Part shown: positions 12,001 through 24,400 of the stretch, one piece after another
How the letters are laid out: every line of letters starts with the position of its first letter
Position numbering within the stretch: the stretch's first letter is position 1
Assembly: GCA_002633005.1 (NCBI GenBank)
Contig: NMRA01000069.1
Location: 698,858-762,857, forward strand
DNA length: 64,000 bases
Direction: 5' to 3'
DNA from: Phoronis australis
Lineage: Eukaryota > Animalia > Phoronida
Translations under genes and position numbers: made by a program
The notes under the pieces: model-generated
The model's input: only the letters and a program-made list of their open reading frames with translations
The model's database searches: none
What the model was told of the DNA's origin: nothing

Positions 12001-15000
12001 GGCCAATGTCCTAAGTTCAGTTTGTGCTGGTAATGGTGAGATAATGCTTGTGTATTACTTTTTTATTCTTGTGTGCAGGTTATAGATCACATGTATCGGT
12101 TATGGATGCGCAACGAGTTTACTCAGGCAGTAACACTCATCGATCAGCCAATCAGACGCGTGATTAAGGAACTGTCGTCCTCCAATCCGCTTCATGAGCA
12201 CATGAATCGCTTTCACGACTGCGACAACATCCTATTGGATATTGATCCCGCTGTGGTTATTGGAGTGCTAAGCGTTGTTTCAAAAAGGTCAGTCGTTGGA
12301 ATTGATCTCCAGTGATTATAACTATTGAAAGTGTCTGGTGATAGGATTTAGATCTTCAGTCCAAAATGTCATTTGTCGTACACAAGCAATGCCATCTGTT
12401 GTCATAAGTGCTTATAAGGCTGTCACATGTTGAAACTGGGTGTGGCCAAGTCTATCCACTGGCATGATTTTGATCCTCAGGCAGTTTGCTTGGCTCAAAC
12501 AAATTGCCAGGACTATGCCTGTATCTTTTCAACAGTATTAAACTAAGATACATTAATTTTGCTGACTTATTATGCGCCCACATATTTATATGTGGACGCA
12601 TTATGCCGTCATCTCCGTCCGTCCGTCCGTACGGGCGGCGTCCGTCTGGCGTCCGGCGTCTGCTGCTCTATCTCCAAAACCCTTTGATATATGTTCATGA
12701 AATTTGGCACATATGTTCCATTTATGAATGGGACGGCATGTGTGAACTTTCGGACGGATCCGACTACCGGTGTGCCCCCTAGTGGCAATTTTAGTTTTTT
12801 ACGCTTACCTTTGTATCTTCAAAAGTCCTGAACGGATTTTCATGAAATTTGGTATGTAGGCACCTATTAGTGAGATGACGCTATCCTCCCGTTTTCAGAT
12901 GGATTCGACATATTTTGCGCCACCTAGTGGCCATTTTTAGTGTTTTCGGTTGACGATGATTTTCAGACGATTTGGACTACTGTGGCACCTCCTAGTGGCA
13001 GTTTTGTTTTTTTTGCGCCTATGGCTGTATCTCCTAAACCGTTTGCAGGATCTTTACGAAATTTAATTAGTGTATTTATATTATGTTAGAAACAGACAAT
13101 GACGACTTTTGGACGGATCCGCCTACCAGTGTTCCCCCTAGTGACAATTTTATTTTTTTACGTTTACCTCTGTATCTTCACAAGTCCTTAACGGATTTTC
13201 ATGAAATTTGGTATGTAGGCACCTAGAAGTGCGATGACACTATCCTTCCGTTTTCGGATGGATTCGACCTAGTTTGCGACACCCAGTGGCCATTTTTACT
13301 GTTTTTGAGTCTGTTTTTTGGCGTCCACCCCTCTATCAACCAAACCGCTATAAGTATGATTGTGAAAATTGGCATGTATGTTCTTACTATGAAGAGGACA
13401 GTTGACGCTGAATTTCCCATGACTTTGATTACTGTGGCGCCTCCTAGTGGCATTTTTTTGCGCCCATAGCTGTATCTCCCAAACCGTTTGCAGGATCTTT
13501 ACTAAATTTAGCAAGTATATTTATGTGGTGTTGACAACGGACGATGACGACTTTAGGATGATTCTGACTACCGGTATGCCTCTAGTGGCAATTTTAGTAT
13601 TTTACATTGACCTCTGTATTTTCATAGGTCTTCAGGTGTATACTTTGTGTTACTTCATGACTATGAAGGAAAACTTTCAAGTAGAAATTTGTTTCTGGCA
13701 TTCTAATGCTGTGCTAATCTCGTATGTTGGTAAATTTGTTTTTAATTCTATGTTTCTGTGGTGCTTTAAGCAACTGATGCATAGGATGTGCTTGTATTAT
13801 GAAAATCACTCACATTTTGCCCCTAGCCTATTGAGGAGACAATGACCATGCCTTTCCATTTTGCAAAGCACAACATACTGCATATATGCCCTCTACTGGC
13901 CACTTTATGGTACCAATAAACAACCCTAGAAGGATACCGTATGCGCTTGCAATTGTGGGCGCATTTCAACGCTCTGCGTTGCTCTTGTTTTGACTTTGTA
14001 TGAAATTTAAATGCAAACCCGGTTTGTCAAACCGAATTCCCATTTCTTGCTCACTCAACTTGACATGAAATCCTTTAAAGTATAAAAAATGTCTGCGATA
14101 GTTAACTGACCTTGAACTTCACCTTTATGAACACACTCGGAAAAAGTATCTGTACTGAATCTTGGAATAGTTTGCCTATACCCCAAGAACATGTCCTTTG
14201 TAGCTACATTTGATTTCTCAATGAGTTACGATGAATGATGCAATAGCATTGTATATCAAATGGCAAAAACTTATTATATATGATCTCACCAGTTTAGGAT
14301 ACAGTATGACCGACAGCTTAAAATTTTCCTCATTTTCATACATGATATATAGCACTAAATTAATGCATAACCATTTTCAAGTTTTGTCCAAAATATACAA
14401 TCATATTATATCATATGAAACTGACTTTCAATATTTTATTTTCCCATGAGTGCTGTTTTTTTCACGCCAACTATCATGCTGCATTAGACATGTACTTTTA
14501 ATTCTGGTCCGCTCAAGCGACAAGTGTCTCATTCCGTCGTGTCGTTTATATGTCACCAAGTTACCTGTGACATCTCTGGATGTTTACAAGCCAAAAACTG
14601 CCTGACGATGCATTTGAAAAACGACAGCAGGGCTGTAGATAGAAGTATCTGAATTAAAGTAGTGCTGTTGTCTTGATCATGTATCTACTACTTAACTAAG
14701 TATTTCATGTATGAGGTGAAGTAGTTTTCAAAAAAATTTGACGAAGTGTGTGGACATTGGTCTGGCATCGACAAGATATCGTGGGGACGGTATGCCTTCC
14801 TGTTGTGGGGACGGTATGCCTTCCTGTTGTGGGGACGGTATGCCTTCCTGTTGTGGGAACGGTATGCCTTCCTGTTGTGGGGACGGTATGCCTTCCTGTA
14901 GTCGTGAAGCCCATTAGCAAACCAGATGAAAAATTATGCCAAGTGGTTTAAATTTTTTGCCTTGAAATTTTGCCAATTTTAAATGAAAAGAAATTTTATC

Positions 15001-17700
15001 AGCTATTTTAAAAACTGAACTGTGTGTAGTCAGAAATTAGGTCATGGGTTTAGGCGCTAATTATTAATAGACCCCTATTGGTGTGACTGGAATTGTTTGC
15101 AAGTGCACTGCATTGATTTGGTCAAGCTGGTATCAATTCGATCCATGGTGTTGTCATGTGTCATTGATGAACCACAACAAATGATTACTACAAAATGTGA
15201 ACAAAACAATGGCATTGAGAGATGTCGTGGCATCTGACGTAAAAGATAGAGTTGTGTTTCAAAAAATTAATTATGAATTACTCTTTTACTTTATTTTTAC
15301 CAAGATAGCCATATTCTGACTCTTTTAAGGTCAAAAATGGTTTCAGGATCTTAACTGGGTTTTTTGGATTATAATGCTGGGTAGGAGATTGACTTTGTAA
15401 AGTTATTAGGTTTGACCAGAACTGTAAAACTGCTGAATCCACTGCGTTCTTGTGATTTATTGGAAATTGCATGGCATTGGCTTCTTGTCACTTGGTAGAG
15501 TTACTAAAATTGATGGTCAATGACCTAACGCTTAAAACACCTGGCTACTTGCAACATTTGGAATTAGCATACCATCAAACTGCGACCATTGTGGCTGATC
15601 TAAAATACACATTATAGTCACAAACGTTTCACTTAACATCCATTGCTTTTATACAGTTCTCTGCAGTGACTGCAGAGCGCTAGCGGAATGCCTCGTCATG
15701 ACGACTAGTGCAAGCAGAATTCACCATCATAGTACTGAGAATGACTTGTCGTGATGGGGAAATGGTAATTTTGTCTGATTACCATTCTAGTTTAGAGTGT
15801 AACTGCAAAAAGATAGGCATACTCTGATTTTAATGCAGGAAAAACAAGTCGAAGCTTGCCCTTCAGACACTGCATGGCGTTGAGGCATTTCTGAGCATAT
15901 CCCACAATCCTGAGCATATCATCACTGCATGTCAATGCATCAAGACTCTGCTGGAGGGTCCCTTGCTGCGAAAGGCCCGGAAAGGTAATTATTGACAAGA
16001 TAAGACCCCTATTTTATCCTGTCATAGTCACTTACTTAAATGTCATCCATCCAATCATGGTAGATGTAACAATTGTAATGGTGTTGTGTTACCTGACTAA
16101 TCAATTTTTGTTGTCGGACTTTCTCCAAGTTTTCCAAATCTAAGAGGTCGTTGTTCAAGAATGCCATAATCTTACAGGACCACAACCACAAGGATGGTAA
16201 CAAATTTAAGTAGTAAACTACTTGAAACTGTGCTTCTAACCACGTTGCTCGCTGGTACATATTATGAATAGTCCATCATCGCCAGGATTTTACCACAACC
16301 TGACTTCATGATTCACTTCCTTATTCCACTGTCACTTTATTCTTTGAGGGGGGATTAAGTTCCCTGATAAATGTGCTAGGTGTATTCTAGTAAAGCTGCC
16401 CCATTGTGTTGCTTAAGCAGGTTACACAATAAATGTTGGGACACCGTACAATGAATGGAAAGCAGTTGCATTGTGCATTATTTCTTTTTTTTGTTTTATC
16501 TAATTGATTTTTGCCACTCAAACAATGAAAAGGTTAAAATTTCAATGTCATACTTCGAGTTTTTATAGTCAAGAAAGATGTTACCATGAACAGGCAGCCG
16601 TCATTACTGACACCCATTTCTCTTCCCTAATGCCCAAACAAAAGATGCCAGTCATGTAAGGCTCTGTGGTAAGACTGGCTATCGTAATCCCAACTGGTAC
16701 GGCCGTCCACAGCAATAGAACTTTCCTTTGTCCCGGAGATGAAAAAGCGTGTGACCTCGTTTTGGAAATCGGGCACATTTTTGTCTATCTCGTTGATGTC
16801 GGGAAGGTGAAGAATTTTGATCACGCATCTACAGATATTTTTCCAGTTTATCAATTTTTCTCATGTCGGAGTTGCAGCCCACAGCACAGCATTAATACTT
16901 TTTTGGCATTGGAATGACGTTAATGAAACCGAGAAAAACTTGTAAAGAATCATACAACAACAAATAACATGTGAAACTCCAGTGGCATGAAAACGAGGCA
17001 GCAAATGCGGTGCCTGACAAATGTTTACAGCATTGTGGGTAAATACAGCAAGGTTCAAGTATCGCTATGTAATCGGGACGGCTCTAATGATGTGAGCACT
17101 GTAGTGACCCTGATGTCACTCAGTTATGGCACTTTGTTGATTCTGCTGCGTCAGTCAACTAATGATTGGGTCTGCCAGCCGAAAATCGTCATCCAGCATC
17201 TATCGGATATTTTAGTCGGTTGACACGTGGGAACAGGCAAAGTGAATTTAGCACAGCCACTCACATTCACATTATATGTTGACCAACAATGTTTTTTGGT
17301 TGCGGTGTTGAAGCTATCTCGAAAAACATTCAAAGATAGTTGGATATATTGTGCCCTGACCCTTTGAGAACCAGTTTGATCTTCATTATTCAGAGGAGGA
17401 AACTGGTTCTCAAAATGCAGGATTGTTATATCTCAATATTACCAAGAATATAAATCCGTTACGACCTTAACTTGTCACATTTATGTCTGTTACACGCTTA
17501 ACTTGTCACTTTCATCTTCAGCGTCTTCTCTTTCATCCTGAATCAACTTGAATTTTTATTTCATGATAGATGAAGCTGTGGTCAGGAGTGTTCATCATAA
17601 GCTGTCTGCACTTCTTGCGTACAAGAAGTTGTCGTCAAAATGCCGCAAGAAACTGAAGGAACTGCGCAACTTGACGAGGATATTCATCTCTGTTGAGTGA
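1..17700 (+). CDS. Gene A (5'-partial, 11 exons in window): ARM-repeat-like N-terminal region, long acidic/Ser-rich linker, C-terminal katanin p80 con80-like helical domain
   Basis: Phase-consistent GT-AG exon chain: <1-50, 281-429, 1447-1593, 2322-2528, 3867-4023, 5107-5278, 6972-7102, 9581-11772, 12079-12287, 15839-15984, 17570-17700 (TGA); about 1229 aa in window with no internal stops. ARM-like segments LVDLVQQYGCEMLANIAS and GIELIVTAIRNHGNNIDVLHPAFRCLANLA. The 700-aa ORF 9700-11802 is the large internal exon. Structure is confident; product naming is tentative. Confidence 0.85.
4300..4675 (+). repeat. Dispersed repeat, copy 1 of 2 (other copy about 16712-17085)
   Basis: Collinear homology: CAATAGAACT...GTGACCTCGTTTTGGAAAT...ACCGAGAAAAACT...ATGTTTACAGCATTGTGGGTA...TGTAATC. 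Confidence 0.75.
4846..5074. mobile_element. hAT-like MITE with 6-bp TSD
   Basis: TIRs CAGGGCTTGG / CCAAGCCCTG flanked by direct repeat TTTGGG (4840-4845 and 5075-5080). Confidence 0.75.
5452..5570. repeat. 27-bp minisatellite, about 4 copies
   Basis: Unit GGCTTG(A/C)ATGATGCTTGAGTACATAAT. Confidence 0.9.
5781..6333 (-). mobile_element. Solo-LTR-like insert with TATA box and heat-shock elements
   Basis: TG...CA ends; on the - strand an nGAAn cluster (6170-6294), TATAAATA (6149-6156), then AGTT-rich repeats. No direct TSD found. Confidence 0.5.
7369..9266 (+). mobile_element. Non-autonomous Helentron/HINE (DINE-1/pearl-like) element, older diverged copy 1
   Basis: 5' end TTATGCACCCATAT...TGTGGACG and 3' end ATTTCAATACTCTGCCTTGCTCTT are homologous to copy 2; internal array of ~145-bp monomers each with CTAGTGGC. 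Confidence 0.7.
12570..13988 (+). mobile_element. Non-autonomous Helentron/HINE-like element, intact copy 2
   Basis: 5' subterminal repeat TGCGCCCACA folding with TGTGGACGCA, (TCCG)n microsatellite, central tandem array, 3' inverse TGTGGGCGCA, terminal hairpin CAACGC-TCT-GCGTTG then CTCTTGTT, T-rich flanks, no TSD. This is the layout known for HINE/DINE-1 elements. Confidence 0.8.
14781..14900. repeat. 24-bp minisatellite, 5 copies
   Basis: Unit GTGGGGACGGTATGCCTTCCTGTT. Confidence 0.95.
16712..17085 (+). repeat. Dispersed repeat, copy 2 of 2 (other copy about 4300-4675)
   Basis: Same anchor sequences in the same order and orientation. Confidence 0.75.
17350..17450. repeat. Small palindromic repeat; inverted homologue at about 53140-53256
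   Basis: TTTGAGAACCAGTTT...ATTATTCAGAGGAG...AACTGGTTCTCAAAATGC is the reverse complement of GCATTTTGAGATCCAGTT...CTCCTCTGAATAAT...AAACTGGTCTTCAAAA. Confidence 0.6.
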
Positions 17701-18871
17701 GATGTGGGTTACATGTGAGAGGGGAGGATGGGCAGACTGTTGTAGGAGTTAGAATACTCACGCATGTAGTGTGTTGGGACTGGACAGTTTTACTGCTAAT
17801 AATTGAAAAAGTTCGTCATAAGCAACTTTGATGTACTACATTGAAAAGGCGACAAGACGCGCTCCAGAAGCTTGTTTAGGGTGAAACGACAATATGAATG
17901 AGGATGGTCATATATTATGACTATGAGTAAAATGCAATACAGACTAATATCTATAGAGAATACGTAACAGGTTACACTGTAAAGATGAGTGACAATATGT
18001 CACAGATTAAAGAAAACTTGAAGCCATCTCATTTGGCTGAGACGAATTTGATTTGTCTGAATGTGGCAAATTTTTTACCTTCTTTGGTTTTAACAAAAAG
18101 TGTGGATTGAGCTCAAATATAGCTATTATAGCTAATTTTAGTTGACATGCAAATAATCTGGATTAATTATTGTGGGCAAAGGTTGTGCCTGTTGTATGCT
18201 TACTTGGAGGTTTAAAATTCCAAGTTAAATTAATGTATTTGACTTACAAATAATGTAGTGTATTGTGCAAATGGTTAAGTTGAATAACAACTAATTAATT
18301 TAAAGTCATGTCAAACTTGTAGTGCTCGGATGTTATTGTGTGAATTTGGTGAGGGGGAACTGCGATCTGTATGGAACGTTCTTAGAATTTTTAGATAATG
18401 CCAGCAAATTTAAATCAGTTTGTGTACGTAGGTAGCTTTTTTGATTTGTATTCGGACTTTATTTATTTCGTCATTCCTGTATTTAGGGTTATTTGTTGCA
18501 TTGTTTTTGATGTACGTAAATTTTGCGTCCTATCGCTTCAGTAATTTTACGTTTAATGCCATGTTGATTTTCTGTTGCAATATTGGTTGTTGTTATTGGA
18601 AAATATACTGCAAACATTCCAACTCTGTTGGTTGAAATACGTTTTAAATTGTTAAAATTGTTTTAACGCCATGTTTACTGTGATGTGGATTTGCTTGAAC
18701 TGTGATGTGCTGATGAAATTTGTTGAGATTAAGCAAATATGCTTTCCCATTATTTTGTGATAGAACAAAGTGATAATATAATATTGTTAACCATGAAGGA
18801 CAGTGGTTGGCTTCAGTGCTTTGTAATATGACATGATAACAATTGAAGTAAAATAATATGCAATATAAATA

Positions 18872-18927
18872 TTTATTGAATGTATAAATAAATTGTTTCA
18901 TAAACAGCAAACATATTTAGAAATAAA
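18872..18927. terminator. Cluster of polyadenylation signals on both strands between convergent gene A and HBP1
   Basis: AATAAA on + at 18887 and 18922; AATAAA on - (TTTATT) at 18872; strand composition shifts from T/G-rich to A/C-rich around this region. Confidence 0.45.
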
Positions 18928-19753
18928 ATTAATATAATATCTGCCATCAAATGGCTAAATCACTTTCTTTAACTGAAATTTTAACACACAGCAATGTGGA
19001 AATTAACAGTGTGGTTTAGTTGGTATGTGGGGAGTATTGAACTGGGCTGTATTCCATCGATGTGGAAACTTGCGAAAAATCAAAATGACGAGAGTGAAAC
19101 ACCAGTGATGCTCGAGTGTGCTTGGGACCTTACTTGCGAACCTTATTATCCACTGATGCGAGAGGTCAGTGAAGCTGAATGTTGCATTATGGGATACGAT
19201 TTACACTTTCCGTACCAAAAGCAAGGATTTGTCAATGAGTTTTGCGATTGTCTTGTGTCTATGGAGTACAGCCCTGGTTTGGAAGAAGCTGACATGAGGA
19301 GGATGACTGAGTTGATGGGCGAAAGGACTATGTGGGGAAAGAAATTAACTGTTTTAAATTCATAGTCACAATCTCAATAACAGTAGAACCCACAGGATTA
19401 CACGAGGGTAATGATTCCACAAAGCTACTATAAAATTCCATAAAGCTACTACAAGCCATTGCAAGCCCTGTGTCTTCTGTCAAAAATAACTTCTCATTTA
19501 GACCACTCAGATATCGGACTGGCACCAAATGGTTCCTTACTCAAAGTAGACGCATTTTCTGGATATGGAAATAAGTAAACAGTTCACTATTGCTTGTGAC
19601 CATGCCCAATAATTTGATACGTTACGCTGTGCTGTTATATGCCAAGCATGGGTTTTCAGCAATTACGAGTTGCCATTTAATTCCTTCCAAGCCCACAAAC
19701 CACGTATTGTCTAAGTGAGGAACAAAATTAATCAAGCTCAATTTTATAGTCTA

Positions 19754-20000
19754 GAGGGCCATTCCATAAAAACTGACTTGGCTAAGACAAATGTTAAATT
19801 TCAGTCAATTTTAAAATAAAACTTAAATTTGTCTCACGTCTGTTTCAAGAAAGAGATTTTAAAAGTTTGAGTTAAATTTTTTACTTAAGTTTTGTCTTAA
19901 TTTGAACTTGTCGGATGCAGAAACTCCAAAGTCTGGAAGTTGAGACAAATCTTAGGCTCGAGTCAAAATTGAACTTAAATTAGTTTCTTGGAAAGGCCCC
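19754..20000. mobile_element. MITE with 8-bp TSD
   Basis: TIRs GGGCCATTCCATAAA / TTTCTTGGAAAGGCCC; direct repeat ATAGTCTA at 19746-19753 and 20001-20008. Confidence 0.75.
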
Positions 20001-21434
20001 ATAGTCTAAAACAAAAGATCACTTTCTTATGGAATGATGGTTCATAGCTCTTCAATGTTTGATTGAGACTTACTATTAAATCCCGTAATGATTTCTTGGG
20101 CTGGGAAGAACTGGAATGACCAATGACGAAAAAGAGGAAACTTTTCCATGTGGTGCATCGTTTGGTTCACATTGACAGCTAACATATACCGCGTCCACAG
20201 AGAGGAGAAATGTCCTTGATACCAACAAGCCGCAACTAGATATTAGCACTGCAAATTCTCAACCAAAAATAATCTGGTATTTTTAAAAAGATCAATTAGG
20301 CAACTGTTTTCATGTACAACACAATTTACAGAAGTGACACAGCAAAATGCACCTCTCAGTGGATGTCGAATAATTTACCTTGCCATTTCACTTAAATGGC
20401 TTTAAATATGATTAAAACTAAATGGAACACGAAAGAGCTAGTAAACACTTCAGTCATGGAAGAATTACAAAAATGGCCTCGTTATTACTAATTAAAATTC
20501 CATAATAACAAAAAAATCGCTGCATAGTTTTACAATCTCACTTTAAAAAATAAACAACAAATTTAAAAGGTTGTCAAAAATTGAATACTGTACAAACCAC
20601 TAAAAATCAACAGATTTACAAAACACTTCAGAGCAAAGTTACAGAAAGGAAATGTACAACTTGAGTAAGTTAACGTGCAAGAGTTGGTAACAATAAGTTC
20701 ACAACAATCGCCATTTTCATAAAACCTTTTAGAAAGGGAATCAAGACAGATTAAAAACAAACGTGCAACACAACAGCTTCCCTATAAAATCCAAGAATCA
20801 AAGGACACCATTCTTGTTAAAGCCCCACAAATCACTAATAAGGTCAAACTTCAAAGCAAAGAAAACTAAATTAGCCGCATTGAGTACATCCAATTAAAGT
20901 AATCGCTGAACTTCATTCATTCTGCGACGCTGTGTGTGATTACAAACACTAACGCCCTCTATCAAGGATATGTTGGACCTTCACAACATCATACGTTGGA
21001 AGTGACTATTCAGATTCGCATGATGCTAAGGTTCACCGTGCTAATGGCTGACTGATATAAAATTGAACATCAAATTCTAAAGGCTTACTACTTCCAGAAA
21101 ATGTACAGTTTAACCGAATTTAAATCTATATTTTTGTAGATATTTGGCTAAATGTGGGTCTTGTCAATAAGGTCCTACATAACCTTAAACACCACCAAAA
21201 AACTTTTTTCAAAGACGGTTGATGCATGGGGCTACAAAAAACAATCTGGAAGACAATCGAACAAGCAAAACCTTTCACCAGACATAAACACATTGAGAAA
21301 TTGTCACATACAACTAAATTCACGTTCAAGGAAGACGTTTTGGTAGAACATGGAGGACAACGTAGCGATCTGGAATAAGACCTTGTCTGCAAAATCACAG
21401 TCTGTGCTTGGTTGGCTAACGTGAGAACATCTCC

Positions 21435-24400
21435 TCATTCGCTCATACTCTGCAAAACAAAACGATAGATTATTCAGGCAGAATTGGGAGACAGGACAAC
21501 ACACGAAATCGTAAATTTCTAGCAAGTTTGCAAACTTTTGCCTTGCTATTCAGATTGTTTTTTTCTCAAGGGCATGACATCCAGTGTCCACACAAATGAA
21601 AATGAGCCTGTTCACATGCTGGCGAAACTGCTGGTCAATAAGCGCTCATGTGAACGGCAACAACAGACAATTTGACTGCAGCTGCCTCTTATAAATGTAC
21701 TGGCAAAGTTTTGTAATATACCTTCGCAAAGCAGAACATTTCTTCTCCAGTGAGTCTACGAACAGTTTGTTCAAACGCTAGCGAAACTTGCTCAGAAGGC
21801 GCTCATGTGAACGGTTGCAAGACAGCATCTTGGCTTTGTACAGTTTTGAACACCTAGTCGAAAACTTTTTAAGCTCAAATGTTTTCAAAATGATTTACAA
21901 ATTATTTTTCTTTGGATTTCCCTCATGATGTTTACCACAACTCTAATAACGTCAGACATGTTAAGACAAAACTTTCCAACTTTTAAAAATTACTGTAGCT
22001 GATACTAATACTAAGCATGCTTGGCTGCTAAATAAATAGACAGTCTAAGAAGAGGGGTCACCACCTTAGGTTTAGGCTGGGGGGACTGCTATCAACAACC
22101 GAATTACGATCCATTTCATTAAGCAGATGGTCACCCTTGTTGTCCTTCAGATGTAGCCTTGTTGCCCCCTGTTGGACAAATTATTTGCCAACTGCACAGC
22201 AACCACAGAGTTAATGACCCTTGCCTAGTGAGGTCACATGATATTCTGACATGTACAATATACTGAAACTATTCTCGACATATCAGCTATAATAAGCAGA
22301 AAATAATCAAGGCTGAAGGATTTGTGATCAAAAACAGAAAGACCAAGCAGATAAAACAGGGATGTGGGCTGATATTTAACCCAAGACATGGCTGTATACA
22401 GTGTACTTACCCCAGAGGCAGATCGCTTTCTCTTCCAGCAGTCAGGGTGCATTCTCTTCTGTTTCTCTGCTAGACTTTTTGCTTCTAGTGAGAACGCTTT
22501 CCTCTCTTCGCTTCTCATCCGTTTCCATCGGTCACCAAGGAGAACGCTGATGGCTCTGGAAAATAGTCAAATACACGATGGTGTCACCAAACGGCGGAAA
22601 ATGGTTTTCTGAACAGTGGCGTGCCTCATTCACAACCACGGATGCATTGCGCAATTTTCGTTTCTTGCGAGTTTGATGAGATTGCGCAGCCAATGAAAAG
22701 TTTACTAGAGGGCATCAGCAAATTGGCCGCGACTGATTAGTAAAATACAATTTTTCTGTTCCAGGTCAAGATTTCTTACAGATAGTGCCTTCCCCTATCT
22801 GCGTTCCCAAACGAAAAAAGAATTCAACTAAAGTTCATTATTGGTACAAGTATGAACTGAACAACGGTCATGAAATAACATTCATTTCTTGAGAAGCTCT
22901 TGATTATTTGTAGTAGGAGACCTTATTTCTTCACCCATTCATTCCGCATTCAATGTGGGTATGAGGAATTTTATGAATAAATGTGAAACTTCTCATCGAA
23001 ATGAACGTCAAGAAAATTTGACTCTGTACAGATGCGTGAAAATAGCAACTGAAAAAAATCTTGAAAAATAGCAAAAATTCTACAACTTTTTGCACGAATA
23101 ATTGTAAATATTTAACTGATGTACGTATGTATGTCATCCAAAAGCCACAATTTGGCAATTATATTTGCTTTAAATCAAGGGAAATTTTCTGTCCGCAGCA
23201 TTAAAAAGATAAAAAGTCATAAGTTTGACAAATGAAATAAGTGAAATGTTAACACAGTCAACAGTCAAATAAAAAATCTTCATTTCGACAAATTGGGTCC
23301 AAGTGAAATATCTGAAAAAACACCATTTACACTAAAAATAAAACTCATAATTTTGACACTTGTGCAAAGTGAAAAAAGTACCACCGACATTTTTAAAATA
23401 AATTAGTTTTGTTCAAAATAAGAGGATATTACGATCAACACTAAGGCAAATTTAAAAATTGCAGTTTTATAAAATTAGATTTGTGCACAACAACTGAAAA
23501 GTAACGCCACCTGTTATCTTTCCCTGGATACTGTTGAGTGTACTCAACGCGGTGCTTTTTGGCAAACAGCATGAATGCATTCATTGGTCTTTTGGCACGA
23601 ATAGGCTCATTTTTAGTAGGACGCTTTTTATTTGGCGAAGTGGTGGGGCTTGAGTATGGACTGGACTTTGGGCTGAGCTCTTGGTCCCGACGAATCTGCA
23701 ATTATAAAATGAATGTTACTTGGTACAAAACCATATTAAAGGGTATAGTGGCATTGCCCTAATTTGGAATAGTATCTGTTATGAAGGTTATGAAAGACCC
23801 TAGAAAAATGTCCAAATTCATCCAATTTCAGAACATCATATCTCAGAAATTCATCTGAAACTTTCAGATGCTTAGTGCTTCCATTAAGCATGGTTCTCCA
23901 AAACGCAGTCGTAAAACGTATAAGCGATATTAAAGCCTGTGTGAACACATAATGAGGCTATTACCTTTGCCATGTTGCTCAGAGCAAACACAGCCGAGGA
24001 GTCTTCCGGGGTGAAGTCAAAACTGCAAAAAAATGAAAAAGAAGATCGTATTCAAATTAAAGACCGGCCCAACGATTACACCCAACATGAAACTGATGAC
24101 ACTGACATGCATTCATAACATTAGAAAACAAAACATCATACTCGATCTACTCTCTTCCAGGATCAAAACTCCTTTGACTAGTTATTAGAAAGTAATTTAG
24201 CTGACGTAGCAGAGAAATAATTCGGATAAATTATTATTATGACATAACCAGATTGGATGACAATAATTATGTAGATGGGACACTCGTTGGAAACAAAATA
24301 CAAGAGCAACGCAGAGAGTTGAAATGCGCCCACAATTGCACCGTATACGGTATCCTTCTAGGGTTGTTTATTGGTACCATAAAGTGGCCAGTAGAGGGCA

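Noticed and set aside
14705-14951. Repetitive peptides (TTGRHTVP / VGTVCLPV); similar cases at 5414-5686 and 39533-39903
   Set aside because: These are translations of tandem repeats whose unit length is a multiple of 3, with no splice or start context.
18994-19365. 123-aa ORF between gene A and HBP1
   Set aside because: No recognisable domain, promoter or splice context; it lies in the probable 3' UTR region.
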